A stretch of 64,000 nucleotides of DNA from Planctomycetota bacterium (GTDB taxonomy: Bacteria; Planctomycetota; UBA11346), in contig JBBQSO010000005.1 in assembly GCA_038213805.1 (NCBI GenBank), positions 1-64,000 on the forward strand, read 5' to 3'. The notes under the pieces are model-generated. The model saw nothing but the letters and a program-made list of their open reading frames with translations. It did no database searches and was not told where the DNA came from. Position numbers and translations under genes: made by a program. This document shows positions 52,800 through 61,894 of this stretch, one piece after another (the first letter of the stretch is position 1; the number at the start of each line of letters is the position of its first letter).

Positions 52800-55544
52800 T
52801 CACTTCACATCGCCCGACTTCAGGTAGGCTACGATGTCGGCCACGGTCTGGGCCGAGAGGCCAAGCTGGTCGGCGCCCAGCATCAGCGAACGCTTCATGC
52901 CCTCGAGCGACTTGATGCGGCCACGTGGGATGGTCTGGACGATACCGCCCATCGACTTGACGATCACCGGGTCGCCGCTCGACAGTACGATGCCGTCGAT
53001 GACCTGGTCGTCCTTGGTGACGATGTGCGTGCCCTCGTAGCCGTGCGAGATCTCGGCTGACGGGTTGACGATGGCGTTGATGATGACCTCGCTCGGCTGG
53101 GTCAGGCCGAAGGAGGTCAGGTCGGGCCCGAACTCCGCGCCCTGGCCACCGATGTGGTGGCAGCCATAGCAGACCGCGACCGCGGTCTTGCCGCGCGCCG
53201 CGTCCCCAGCCAGCTTCTGAAGCTCGGGGATTGCCGGCAGCTTGGACGGGCCCGCGGGCGGCTCGGGGCTGATGATCGGGGTCAGGACGATGTGTTCAGG
53301 ATCGAAGATGCCGCGGCGCTTCATCTCGTCGGCGACGCCGAATTCCTTCCAGTCGTTGTCCTTGCGCTTGAACAGCCACCACGTGGCGAGGTCGGTGAAG
53401 GGGAAGTCCTTGGTCTGCGCGAGGTCGAGCATGGCGTCGGCCGCGGTCTTGTCGGCGATGAAGGCGAGGGCGTCCATCGCCTGCTTGCGCATGGCGCGCG
53501 GCACGGCCGGGGCCAGGGCGCGAGCGCGCAGGTCGGCAACCGCCGCCGGCGCGCTCAACCGCCAAGTAATCCAGGCGAAGGCCGGCGACCAGCTCTCGGG
53601 CGTGCTGCCGATGGTCTTGGCGACGGAGGCGTAGACTTCGCGTTCCTTGCCGCTGCTGCCGATACCGAAGGCCTCGAGGTAAGCACGATCCTTGCCGTCG
53701 AAGCTCTTCGCCAAGGCGGTGAGGATCTCGACGCTCTGCGCGGCGGGGACGTCGCGTAGGCTGGTGGCGACCTCGCGGCGCACCGCGGCGGAAGGGTCGG
53801 TGGCCAAGCGCGCGGCCATCGCCAGCACCGCGTGGTCGGCGCGGCGCAGGGCACGGTAGGCGACCACGCGCACTTCCTCGTCCTTGCTCGCGAGCAGCGG
53901 CTCGACCTTGGCGACGCCCGCTGGGCCGAGCTGGGCGAGCAGCCAGATGGCGCGCGCCGCGATGAAGTGGTTGGCATCGCTCAGCAGCGCCGCGACCGCC
54001 GGCACCGCCGCTTCGCCCTGGGCCTTGAGGTGGACGAAGCCGCTATTGCGGACGTTCACCGCGGGGCTCTTCAGCGCCTCGATCTGGCCGGCGGTGGTGG
54101 CGAGGTCGATCTTCGGCACGTGCGGTTTGAAGCCCTTGGGCGCGATGCGGTAGATGTTGCCCGAGAGGGTCTTGTCCAGCGACTGGTGGCCGCCGACGCG
54201 CGGGTCGAACCAGTCGGCGACGTAGATCGCGCCATCTGCACCGATCACCACGTCGGAGGGGCGGAAGCGCGTGATCAGCTCGTCATTGGCCTTGCCGCCC
54301 ATGAAATCGGAGCCGGCGAAGACCTTGGTGGTGTTCGACGTGAGGAAGTCGGTGCGCTCAAGCGTGAAGCCGGCGCCGTTCGGCTTGGGGAAGTAGCCGA
54401 AGATGACGTTGCGGCCGGCCTCGCAGGCGAGCAGCAGGCCGTTCCACTTGTCGCCCAGCGCGCCGTTTTCATAGAACGCGACGCCGGTCGGGGAGCCACC
54501 GCCGTACACGTCGCCCGACGGCATGGTGCCCGGGTCATCCTGGCGCCACTCCGCGATCGGGGTGGTCTGCCCGGGCCGGCGGTCGGCGTTCCACGAGCGC
54601 TTGCCGTCGCGCGAGTTGAAGCCGGCGCTGCCGTACTCCATCACCGCGGTGACGCGGCAGGCGGGCGGATCGTCGTTATCACTCTGGAAAACATCGCCGA
54701 GCGACGTGATGGTCTGCTCGTAGCTGTTGCGGTAGTTGTAGCCTACGATCGACGCGTTGGTGCCGTCCGGGTTCATGCGCACCGTGAAGCCGCCGGTGTA
54801 GATGTGCCCATCCGAGCTGGTCTTGCCCGCGATCTCCGGCGGGTTGATCGCCGTCTTGCTCATGTCGTACCAGCTGCCCGAATAGAAGGTCTTACCCGAC
54901 TTGTCGGTGAACTGGGCGCCGGTATTGCCCTGGTTGAAGTACCACTGGCCGTCCGGTCCGGCGGTCAGGGAATGCAGGCTGTGGTCGTGGTTGCGGCCGT
55001 TGAAGCCGGTCAGCAGCACGTCGCGCGTGTCGGTGCCCACGTCGAAGACGCCGTTGTGGTTGACGTCGGTGTAGACCAGCAGATCGGGCGGCTGGCTGAC
55101 CACGACCTGGTCGCCGATCACCGCCACGCCCAGCGGCGCGACCAGGTTGACGTCCTGCACGAACACCGTGCTCTTGTCGGCGGTGCCGTCGCCATCGGTG
55201 TCCTCGAGGACGACTATGCGGTCGCCCTCCTTGCGGCGGCCGGCGTGGCTGCGGTAGTTGACGCCTTCCGCGACCCAGATGCGGCCGGCGGCGTCGACGT
55301 CGATGTTGGTCGGTTTGGAAAGCAGCGGGCTCTTCGCCCACAGGGTGATCTCGAGGCCTTCCGGCAGGGCGAATTTCTCAGTCGGCACGAAGCGCGGCGC
55401 GTTGGGGTCGATGGCCTCCGGCGCCTGCTCGGCCGCGGTCGCGCCGAGCGCCGTGCAGGCGGCGAGTGCGCCGAGGCGCAGGCCGATGCGCGTGGGGTGG
55501 TTGACGAGAACGGCGAGCGAGGGCAGCAGGCTGGTGAGGCGCAT
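52800..55544 (-). CDS. PVC-type heme-binding CxxCH protein (putative membrane-bound dehydrogenase propeller + HEAT repeats + cytochrome c)
   Basis: GDRIVVLEDTDGDGTAD, HDHSLHS, RPSDVVIGADGAIYVADW, CYGCH, GPDLT, PSAEISHGYE, SLM. Confidence 0.92.
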   Translation of the reverse strand: MRLTSLLPSLAVLVNHPTRIGLRLGALAACTALGATAAEQAPEAIDPNAPRFVPTEKFALPEGLEITLWAKSPLLSKPTNIDVDAAGRIWVAEGVNYRSHAGRRKEGDRIVVLEDTDGDGTADKSTVFVQDVNLVAPLGVAVIGDQVVVSQPPDLLVYTDVNHNGVFDVGTDTRDVLLTGFNGRNHDHSLHSLTAGPDGQWYFNQGNTGAQFTDKSGKTFYSGSWYDMSKTAINPPEIAGKTSSDGHIYTGGFTVRMNPDGTNASIVGYNYRNSYEQTITSLGDVFQSDNDDPPACRVTAVMEYGSAGFNSRDGKRSWNADRRPGQTTPIAEWRQDDPGTMPSGDVYGGGSPTGVAFYENGALGDKWNGLLLACEAGRNVIFGYFPKPNGAGFTLERTDFLTSNTTKVFAGSDFMGGKANDELITRFRPSDVVIGADGAIYVADWFDPRVGGHQSLDKTLSGNIYRIAPKGFKPHVPKIDLATTAGQIEALKSPAVNVRNSGFVHLKAQGEAAVPAVAALLSDANHFIAARAIWLLAQLGPAGVAKVEPLLASKDEEVRVVAYRALRRADHAVLAMAARLATDPSAAVRREVATSLRDVPAAQSVEILTALAKSFDGKDRAYLEAFGIGSSGKEREVYASVAKTIGSTPESWSPAFAWITWRLSAPAAVADLRARALAPAVPRAMRKQAMDALAFIADKTAADAMLDLAQTKDFPFTDLATWWLFKRKDNDWKEFGVADEMKRRGIFDPEHIVLTPIISPEPPAGPSKLPAIPELQKLAGDAARGKTAVAVCYGCHHIGGQGAEFGPDLTSFGLTQPSEVIINAIVNPSAEISHGYEGTHIVTKDDQVIDGIVLSSGDPVIVKSMGGIVQTIPRGRIKSLEGMKRSLMLGADQLGLSAQTVADIVAYLKSGDVK

Positions 55545-55831
55545 CCGGGGACCCTTGGCTAAGGAAAGAGGAAGGAGCTTCCTACCGTTCCAAGGGTGGC
55601 CCCGTTGGCAAGGAACTCATGCCCTGACCGCAGCACGGTGTCCCTGCACCGGGGAGCTCATTCTTGTCGGGTTGGGGATTGGGCTCTTCGTCTCTGAGAA
55701 TGCTATCGCACCGTGGTGCGGCTGGAGGTCAGCTTTATTTTGACGGGCAGCGGCCACTGAAAAGAGCCGCTGCCCGCCGCCTAAAGCTCCGCTTGCCACG
55801 CCCGGAGCCGCGGATTGCTGACCTGCGCCCC

Positions 55832-57160
55832 TTACGGCAGGACGCGCGCATCAACCTCGGGCTTGGGCATGCGCAGCACCACCAGGTGCAGCCACGCGAA
55901 GCTGACGATCACCAGCACCAGCAGCACCGCGAACGGCGTCGAGACCAGCCCGGTCCACTGCTTCACGTAGCCGAAGATCAAGGGCAGGAAGAAGCCGCCG
56001 AGCGCGCCGAGCGCGCCGACCAGGCCGCCGACCGCGCCGACATCCTTGGGGAAGTATTCAGGGATGTACTTGTAGACCGCGGCCTTGCCGATGCCCATGC
56101 CGACGCCGACCAGGAACACCATGATGGTGAACGACGTGACGTCGAGGGTGATGCCGAACGCTCCCGGTGGCAGAGCCAGCACGCCGCACGTCAGCACCAG
56201 GCTGGTGAACACGCAGTACATCACCACGCGCGGACCGTAGAGGTCGGAGAGGTAGCCGCCAAGGGGACGCAGCAGGCTGGCGGGGAAGACGAACAGCGCG
56301 GCGAGCAGTGCGGCGATCTTGAGGTCGAGGTGGTAGTTCGCGACGTAGTATTTAGGCAGGGCCAAGGACAGCGCCACGTAGGCGCCGAAGACCACCACGT
56401 AGTACAGGCTGAAACGCCAGACGCGCATCTGGTTGAGCGGGCGCAGCGAGGCGCCGAGCGGCTTGCCCTTGCCGGGCACGCGGTCGACCGGCGACAGGAA
56501 CCACACCGCGGCGGCCATCAGCACGAGCAGCACGGTGTAGGCGAACGGCACGAAGCGCCAGCCGCCGGGCACCACGCCGCCGATTAGGCCGACGGCCGGC
56601 ACCAGGGCGATCAGCGCGGGGCCAAACATCTTGGTCAGCGACGGTCCGACGTTGCCTGCTCCAAAGGTGCCGAGCGCCAGGCCCTGGCGGTTCTTCGGGA
56701 ACCACACCGAGTTCCAGGCGATGCCCGCAGTGAAGGAGTTGCCGGCGATGCCGACCAGGAAGGCGCACACCATGAGCATCGGGAAGGAGGTGGCGATGCT
56801 GACCAGGAAAGAGGCGACGGCCGACGCCAGAAGCAGGCCGGTGAACACCTTCCGGCCGCCGACGCGGTCGGCGAGAATACCGAATGGCAGGCGCCAGATG
56901 GCCCCGTTGAGCACGGCGATCGCGCCCAGCCAGTAGAACTGCACGTCGCTGAGCGCGAACTCCTTCTGGATGGGAATGCCGATGACCGCGAACATCAGCC
57001 ACACCGCGAACATCAGCGTGAAGGCGATGGTCGACAGGGTGAGCACGCGCGTGCGCGCGCCGACGTCGGCCTGATCGATGACCGCGGCGGCCGGGTGGGT
57101 GAAGGCCGCTGCGTCGAGGGCGCTGAGCGGTGCTGAGGCTGACGAAGTGGGGGGTGCCAT
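55832..57160 (-). CDS. narK: Nitrate/nitrite MFS transporter (NNP family)
   Basis: FTLMFAVW, G.AGNSF, WFPKNRQGLALGTFGAGNVG, YYVVVFGAYVAL, LRPLGGYLSD, GIGKAAVYK. Confidence 0.9.
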   Translation of the reverse strand: MAPPTSSASAPLSALDAAAFTHPAAAVIDQADVGARTRVLTLSTIAFTLMFAVWLMFAVIGIPIQKEFALSDVQFYWLGAIAVLNGAIWRLPFGILADRVGGRKVFTGLLLASAVASFLVSIATSFPMLMVCAFLVGIAGNSFTAGIAWNSVWFPKNRQGLALGTFGAGNVGPSLTKMFGPALIALVPAVGLIGGVVPGGWRFVPFAYTVLLVLMAAAVWFLSPVDRVPGKGKPLGASLRPLNQMRVWRFSLYYVVVFGAYVALSLALPKYYVANYHLDLKIAALLAALFVFPASLLRPLGGYLSDLYGPRVVMYCVFTSLVLTCGVLALPPGAFGITLDVTSFTIMVFLVGVGMGIGKAAVYKYIPEYFPKDVGAVGGLVGALGALGGFFLPLIFGYVKQWTGLVSTPFAVLLVLVIVSFAWLHLVVLRMPKPEVDARVLP

Positions 57161-57361
57161 GGGGGCTCCGCTGGTGGTGATTGACCCAGCCTAGCGGAGC
57201 GCGGCCTGCTCGGGAATGCGCGGTATCTGTTGAATGGGGTCACAGATCGGACTGCTCAAGAGAATCCTGGCGTACGGAGCTTCGCACCGTGTGCGCATCG
57301 CTGCAAACAAGTATTTGTCAGTTGCTTGCACCTCAGCTTCAGAGTTATTATCGCTGTGATA

Positions 57362-57377
57362 AGCAGCGGGCGTGCCA
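57362..57377 (-). promoter_or_regulatory. Putative sigma-54 (-24/-12) promoter for narK
   Basis: Minus strand TGGCACG-CCCG-CTGCT versus consensus TGGCACG-N4-TTGCW, correct GG-N10-GC spacing, about 200 bp upstream of the start. Confidence 0.7.
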
Positions 57378-57567
57378 GGCGAGAGAGCGTGAAATGGTTA
57401 CGAAAACAGCACTACGGTGAGCAAATTCCGATCACGACTGGCGACTGTTCCGCCATTATGACCCAGCGAAAATCGGAACAATGGGCCTGAGGAGAATTAT
57501 CACAATTCTTCCGACGATGATTCGTGCAAAATCCGCTCAGAATGGGCCCTGGCCGTGAGTTCGCGAC

Positions 57568-58431
57568 CTATCCGACCGCTCCGTGCTCTGCTGCGGTCGC
57601 GATCCAGCCGGCAGCCAGCGGCGCGGTCGCGCAACCCAGGCTGCGACCCAGGTGCAGGGCCAGGCCCAGCATCAGCGCGGCGGCCTCGCGCAGGGCGGCA
57701 GCCTCATGCAGGCCAGCGAAGTCCTGCTGCGCGCGCTCCTGGAGAAGCTCGCGATGGCGCTGTACGAAGGCCATGGGCGCGCCCGCGCGCAGCCCCGGCA
57801 CGGTCAACAGGTCCAACCACGCCGCGGGGATCGCCTCCGCCCGTTGTCCATCACCGGCCTTGGCGAGAGCCCGCCAGCGCGGCAGCACCAACGCGTCGCC
57901 GGCCGCTGCCAGTCCACCATCGATGACCAGCACCAGCGCGCCGTCGGCGAGATCCTGCATGACTTCCAGATACGCGTCCTGCACGGCCTCGCCGGGGGCG
58001 ACGTCCTGGCCGGCGAGGTAGTCGGCGACGCGGACGAGCGGTAGTGCGACGACCTGCGGACAGCCGGCAAGACAGGGGAAGCGTCGGCCCTCATGCAGAT
58101 AGGTCACGCGCGCACCGCGCCGCTCGCGGCCGAGCGGATAGAGCCTGCAGGCGAGGGGTCGACCGGTATGCACCACGCAGCCGCGCGCGGAATCGTACTG
58201 GCTGCACGCCGGCAGGCCGTTCCAGCCCGGTGCACCGCTGAAGCTCAGGCGGATGCCGCCGGCCTCAGTATGCTGGGTGCGGAAATCGTCAGCGGCCACG
58301 CCGCGCGCTGCCGCGAGGCAGGCCAGCTCCCAGGGGTTCAGCCATACCTCCTTACCGTGGCAGCAGGTGCCGGCACGGGTGCAGGTGAGCGGCAAAGCAT
58401 CGTCCGCTGTCAAGCGCGTGGGCGCGCTCAT
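57568..58431 (-). CDS. YkgJ family cysteine-cluster (CxxCxxCC-like) protein
   Basis: CTRAGTCCHG, ACSQY..GCVVHTGRPLACRLYP, C..GCP. Confidence 0.85.
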   Translation of the reverse strand: MSAPTRLTADDALPLTCTRAGTCCHGKEVWLNPWELACLAAARGVAADDFRTQHTEAGGIRLSFSGAPGWNGLPACSQYDSARGCVVHTGRPLACRLYPLGRERRGARVTYLHEGRRFPCLAGCPQVVALPLVRVADYLAGQDVAPGEAVQDAYLEVMQDLADGALVLVIDGGLAAAGDALVLPRWRALAKAGDGQRAEAIPAAWLDLLTVPGLRAGAPMAFVQRHRELLQERAQQDFAGLHEAAALREAAALMLGLALHLGRSLGCATAPLAAGWIATAAEHGAVG

Positions 58432-58462
58432 CGCGACCCGCACCACCGCGCGCGTACCACCC

Positions 58463-59518
58463 TCACGGCACGGGCGCGGCCACAGCCTTGGCCGGAGTGG
58501 GGGCCGGCGCGCCACCGCCTGCGGCCGCGCGCTCGTGGAGGGCCTTCAGATCGCGGTAGTACGCGACGTCTCCGGCAAGCGCGGTGTCTCCGGGCGCGAG
58601 CGCGACGCCCTTCTGCGCAAGCGCGAGCGCCTCGTCGATCAGTCCGAGCGTCGCGAACAGCCGGGCGCGCGTGGCGAAGACCGCGGCATTCGCCGGCTCG
58701 ACCTGCAGGGCATGGTCGCTGAAGGCGAGGGCGAGGTCGAGGTTGCGCTGCACCAGATTGTCGTCGCCCAGGCGCTCGGCGATCAGATCGTCGGCAGTCG
58801 CGGCGTCGAGTTTGTCGAGCGGGATCTTCATCAGGGTATCGCGCACCATCGCCGGATTCTTGGTGTAGTTGGCGATGGCGAGGCGCATGTGCAGGGCTTG
58901 GCCGTTGATCGCGTCAAGGGCGAGGATCTGGTCGATGACCCCGACCGCTTTGTCGATCTGCGGCTGACGGCCGCCGAGCAGTTTCTTGAGTTCCTCTTCG
59001 AGCGCGGCGACCTTGCCCTGCTTGCCGGCGTCGAAGGTGCCGGCGACGACCTGCGCCAGCACCGGTCCCATCGTCATCGGATGGCCTGCCCACACCACCT
59101 TGCCGTCGGCACCGATCAGGAAGGCCTGCGGGATGCCGTCGCGACCGGCCATGTAGGCATCGTGGGTGGCTTTGTCGGAGAGGCCGACGCGGTAAGCCAT
59201 CTTGTCGCCCATCTCGGCGACGAAGGGCTTGACAGTCGGCTCGTCCTCGTCGCTCAGGCCGATGATGCGCACCTGCTCACCGTACTGCTTCTGCAGCTCT
59301 GTAAGGTGCGGGATGGACTGCTTGCACGGCCCGCACCAGGTCGCCCAGAACTCGACCACGGTGATCTTGCCGGTTACCGTCACCGCCGCGCCCTTGACCC
59401 AGGTGACCGAGGTCAGCGGCGGTGCGTCCTGGCCGACGTCGAGCGCCTGCAACGCGCCGCCACCGCCCAGGCAGAGCGCGCAGAACAGGGCGAAGGCGGT
59501 GGGGATGGCTGGGCGCAT
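58463..59518 (-). CDS. TlpA-like redoxin with C-terminal TPR-like helices, secreted
   Basis: VVEFWATWCGPC, GIPQAFLIGADGKVVWAGHP; signal peptide. Confidence 0.9.
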   Translation of the reverse strand: MRPAIPTAFALFCALCLGGGGALQALDVGQDAPPLTSVTWVKGAAVTVTGKITVVEFWATWCGPCKQSIPHLTELQKQYGEQVRIIGLSDEDEPTVKPFVAEMGDKMAYRVGLSDKATHDAYMAGRDGIPQAFLIGADGKVVWAGHPMTMGPVLAQVVAGTFDAGKQGKVAALEEELKKLLGGRQPQIDKAVGVIDQILALDAINGQALHMRLAIANYTKNPAMVRDTLMKIPLDKLDAATADDLIAERLGDDNLVQRNLDLALAFSDHALQVEPANAAVFATRARLFATLGLIDEALALAQKGVALAPGDTALAGDVAYYRDLKALHERAAAGGGAPAPTPAKAVAAPVP

Positions 59519-59679
59519 AACGGGCTCCTGGAAGGTCATGGGGGATAGCCGCACGGCGTGAGGGGGACAAGCCAAAACGGGCAGGTCCTGGGCGCGTGGG
59601 ATCCGCACGCCGACGCGGAGATACGCACCGCGACCGGCGCACGTTTGGCTTTGCCGGGCGGGGCGTCAGCATGCGCGCC

Positions 59680-60366
59680 ATGCGCATCATCCTCGGCATC
59701 GGCAACCCCGGGCGCGAATACGCTGGTACGCGCCACAATTGCGGCTTCCTGGTGGTCGATGCCCTGGCGCAGCGCCACGGCCTGACCACGTGGCGCAAGG
59801 ACTGGAACGCGGACGTCTGCGAATGGGCCGTGCCGCCGGCCCTTGGCGGTGGCAAGGCGCTGCTGCTGAAGCCGCGCTGCTACGTGAATCTCAGCGGCGA
59901 CGTGGCGCAGGCAGCGCTCGCATTCTACAAGCTGCCGATCAGCGATCTGCTGGTGGTGGTCGACGATCTCAATCTCGCATTCGGCCACCTGCGCCTGCGC
60001 CCCGACGGCAGCGCCGGGGGCCACAACGGCCTGCGCGACATCGAAGCCAAGCTCGGGCCGCTCTATCCGCGCCTGAGGATGGGGATCGGCCGTCCGCGGC
60101 CTGGCCAGGACCAGGTCGGCTTCGTGCTTGGTGGCTTCGCCCCCGATGAGCAGGCCGACGCCCAGGCGATGGTGGCGAAGGCCGTCGACTGCGTGGAGGC
60201 CTGGTTGCGCGATGGGCTGGCCGTGTCCTGCCGCTTCAACGGGCCGCTGCGGCCGGAGCCGCCAGTTCCGCCGGCAGCCAAGACCGCGGAGCCGCCAGCG
60301 GTGGATGGCAAAGGTCCTGCACCGGAGAGATGGAACAGGAGACGCGGAGACGCGGAGACCGGATGA
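59680..60366 (+). CDS. pth: Peptidyl-tRNA hydrolase with C-terminal extension
   Basis: GIGNPGREYAGTRHNCGF, YVNLSG, DDL, GSAGGHNGL, RLRMGIGRP. Confidence 0.95.
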   Translation: MRIILGIGNPGREYAGTRHNCGFLVVDALAQRHGLTTWRKDWNADVCEWAVPPALGGGKALLLKPRCYVNLSGDVAQAALAFYKLPISDLLVVVDDLNLAFGHLRLRPDGSAGGHNGLRDIEAKLGPLYPRLRMGIGRPRPGQDQVGFVLGGFAPDEQADAQAMVAKAVDCVEAWLRDGLAVSCRFNGPLRPEPPVPPAAKTAEPPAVDGKGPAPERWNRRRGDAETG

Positions 60367-60480
60367 GGCCTACGGAACGATGAGAAGACGCGGAGAAGGC
60401 GTCCACCGCGCGGGAGCGGGTAGCGCGGAGTCCATGCCGGCTCTCCACCTCCGATCTCCGCGTCTCCGCGCCTCATGTTC
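60333..60480. repeat. GAACA...TGTTC-bounded inverted octamer (GGAGACGC) element overlapping the pth 3' end
   Basis: GAACAGGAGACGCGGAGACGCGGAGACC left arm; CCTCCGATCTCCGCGTCTCC (60448-60467) identical to 43280-43299. Confidence 0.85.
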
Positions 60481-60515
60481 TCTCCCTCGCTGACCCCGGA
60501 CGCGGAAAGGTCCCC

Positions 60516-60552
60516 GGAAACGGAAGCACCCTCGCCTGGTGGGCGAGGGTGC
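60516..60552 (-). terminator. Probable terminator downstream of rpmH
   Basis: GCACCCTCGCC / GGCGAGGGTGC 11-bp stem (60526-60552) followed on the minus strand by TTCCGTTTCC. Confidence 0.6.
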
Positions 60553-60591
60553 GCAGCAAGGCGATCTCGCGGCCCGAAGGGCCGGTAGGAA

Positions 60592-60729
60592 TCAGCGCTT
60601 CTTGCCTTTGCCCGACGCGCGACGGCGCTGGCGGTTGACGATCTGACGGCCGGCCTTCGTCTTCATCTTGCGACGGAAGCCGTTCATCTTGCGCTGCTTG
60701 GTGGAACTTCTGCGAATCTTGAGGTGCAT
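60592..60729 (-). CDS. rpmH: 50S ribosomal protein L34 (45 aa, absent from the ORF track)
   Basis: Manual translation MHLKIRRSSTKQRKMNGFRRKMKTKAGRQIVNRQRRRASGKGKKR; GFR.RM.T..GR.....RR motif; GGAG upstream. Confidence 0.9.
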   Translation of the reverse strand: MHLKIRRSSTKQRKMNGFRRKMKTKAGRQIVNRQRRRASGKGKKR

Positions 60730-60817
60730 GACCTGCTCCAGGTGCGGGTGCGGGATCTTCCGCCCAAAGTCCCGCTGTCAAGCGGGTAGCAGAGAAAGGT
60801 GGGGGGGCAGGTGCGGG

Positions 60818-60973
60818 CGGCTGATGGCTGATGGCTGATGGCTGATGGCTCGGGGGCCAGCGTCGACAGGCGCGATCGGGGTGAAAACGTGACTGCAAAG
60901 GACATCAGAAACAGTGACCGGCTGCGCGTTTCGAGTCGTCGGCCATCAGCCATCAGCCATCAGCCATCAGCCG
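60818..60973. repeat. Inverted heptamer-array element (GGCTGAT)x4 ... (ATCAGCC)x4
   Basis: 32-bp perfectly complementary arms at 60818-60849 and 60942-60973, 92-bp spacer, 3 bp from the mutM stop. Confidence 0.95.
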
Positions 60974-60976
60974 TGA

Positions 60977-61798
60977 TCACTTCTGACATGCCCCGCACCA
61001 CGTCGTCCCCCGTCCCCCCACCACCCCCCCCGACAAGATCGTCGCGCACACCGCGCACGGCGCTCCGGCGCGTCCGTAGACCTGGAAGTTGTGCTGGAAA
61101 TAGCCGTCCTGGCCACTGGCGGCGCGGAAATCGCTGATCGTCGAGCCGCCGGCGGCAATGGCCTCGGTAAGGACGGTGCGGATGTGCCCGACCAGGCGCT
61201 CGAGGGCTGCACGTGACACCCGGCCGGCGGCACGGGAGGGGCGCAGCCCGCTCCGGAATAGCGCTTCCTGGGCGTAGATGTTGCCCACTCCAACGACCAC
61301 GCGCTGGTCCATGATCAGGGCCTTGAGCGCGACCTTCCGTCCGCGGCAGGCGGCGGCCAGATACGCGGGGGAGAAGGCCTCGGCATCGAGGGGCTCGGGG
61401 CCGAGTTCCACCAAGCGGGGGTGAGTGGACTCCGCCCCCGGAGCAATGTAGTCGAGCAGACCGAAGCGCCGCGGATCGCGGAACGCCAAGCGGCGGCCGT
61501 CGCCCAGGTGCAGGTAGCAATGGTCGTGGTCGCGCTCGTCGCCGGGCGGCGCCAGGCGCCAGGTGCCGGTCATGCCAAGGTGCGAGAGCATGGTGCCGGC
61601 AGGGGTGGCGAAGAGCAGGTACTTGGCGCGCCGGCGGATGGCGCTGAGCGCCTGGCCGGCGAGCCGGCGCGGCAGGTGGGCGGGAATGGGGGCGCGCAAA
61701 TCACGCCGGGTGAGCTGGATGCGTGCGATCACCGCGTCCGCGCCGATCAGGCGCTCCAGGCCGGCGCGCACGGTTTCGACCTCAGGCAGTTCGGGCAT
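60977..61798 (-). CDS. mutM: Formamidopyrimidine-DNA glycosylase
   Basis: MPELPEVETV, RRAKYL, HLGMTG, DPRRFG, GVGNIYAQE, C-terminal C4 zinc finger. Confidence 0.97.
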   Translation of the reverse strand: MPELPEVETVRAGLERLIGADAVIARIQLTRRDLRAPIPAHLPRRLAGQALSAIRRRAKYLLFATPAGTMLSHLGMTGTWRLAPPGDERDHDHCYLHLGDGRRLAFRDPRRFGLLDYIAPGAESTHPRLVELGPEPLDAEAFSPAYLAAACRGRKVALKALIMDQRVVVGVGNIYAQEALFRSGLRPSRAAGRVSRAALERLVGHIRTVLTEAIAAGGSTISDFRAASGQDGYFQHNFQVYGRAGAPCAVCATILSGGVVGGRGTTWCGACQK

Positions 61799-61894
61799 GG
61801 TCGGGGCAGCATCGCGGCCGCTCCGGCAATGCCAGCGTAGCCCCCAGCAGATGAGGCATTTGCGCCCACCCGGGGGGATCGGGTACACTCTTCC

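Noticed and set aside
55744..55776. Hairpin CGGGCAGCGGC/GCCGCTGCCCG downstream of narK as a terminator
   Set aside because: The stem is real but no U-tract follows on the narK strand; function unsupported.
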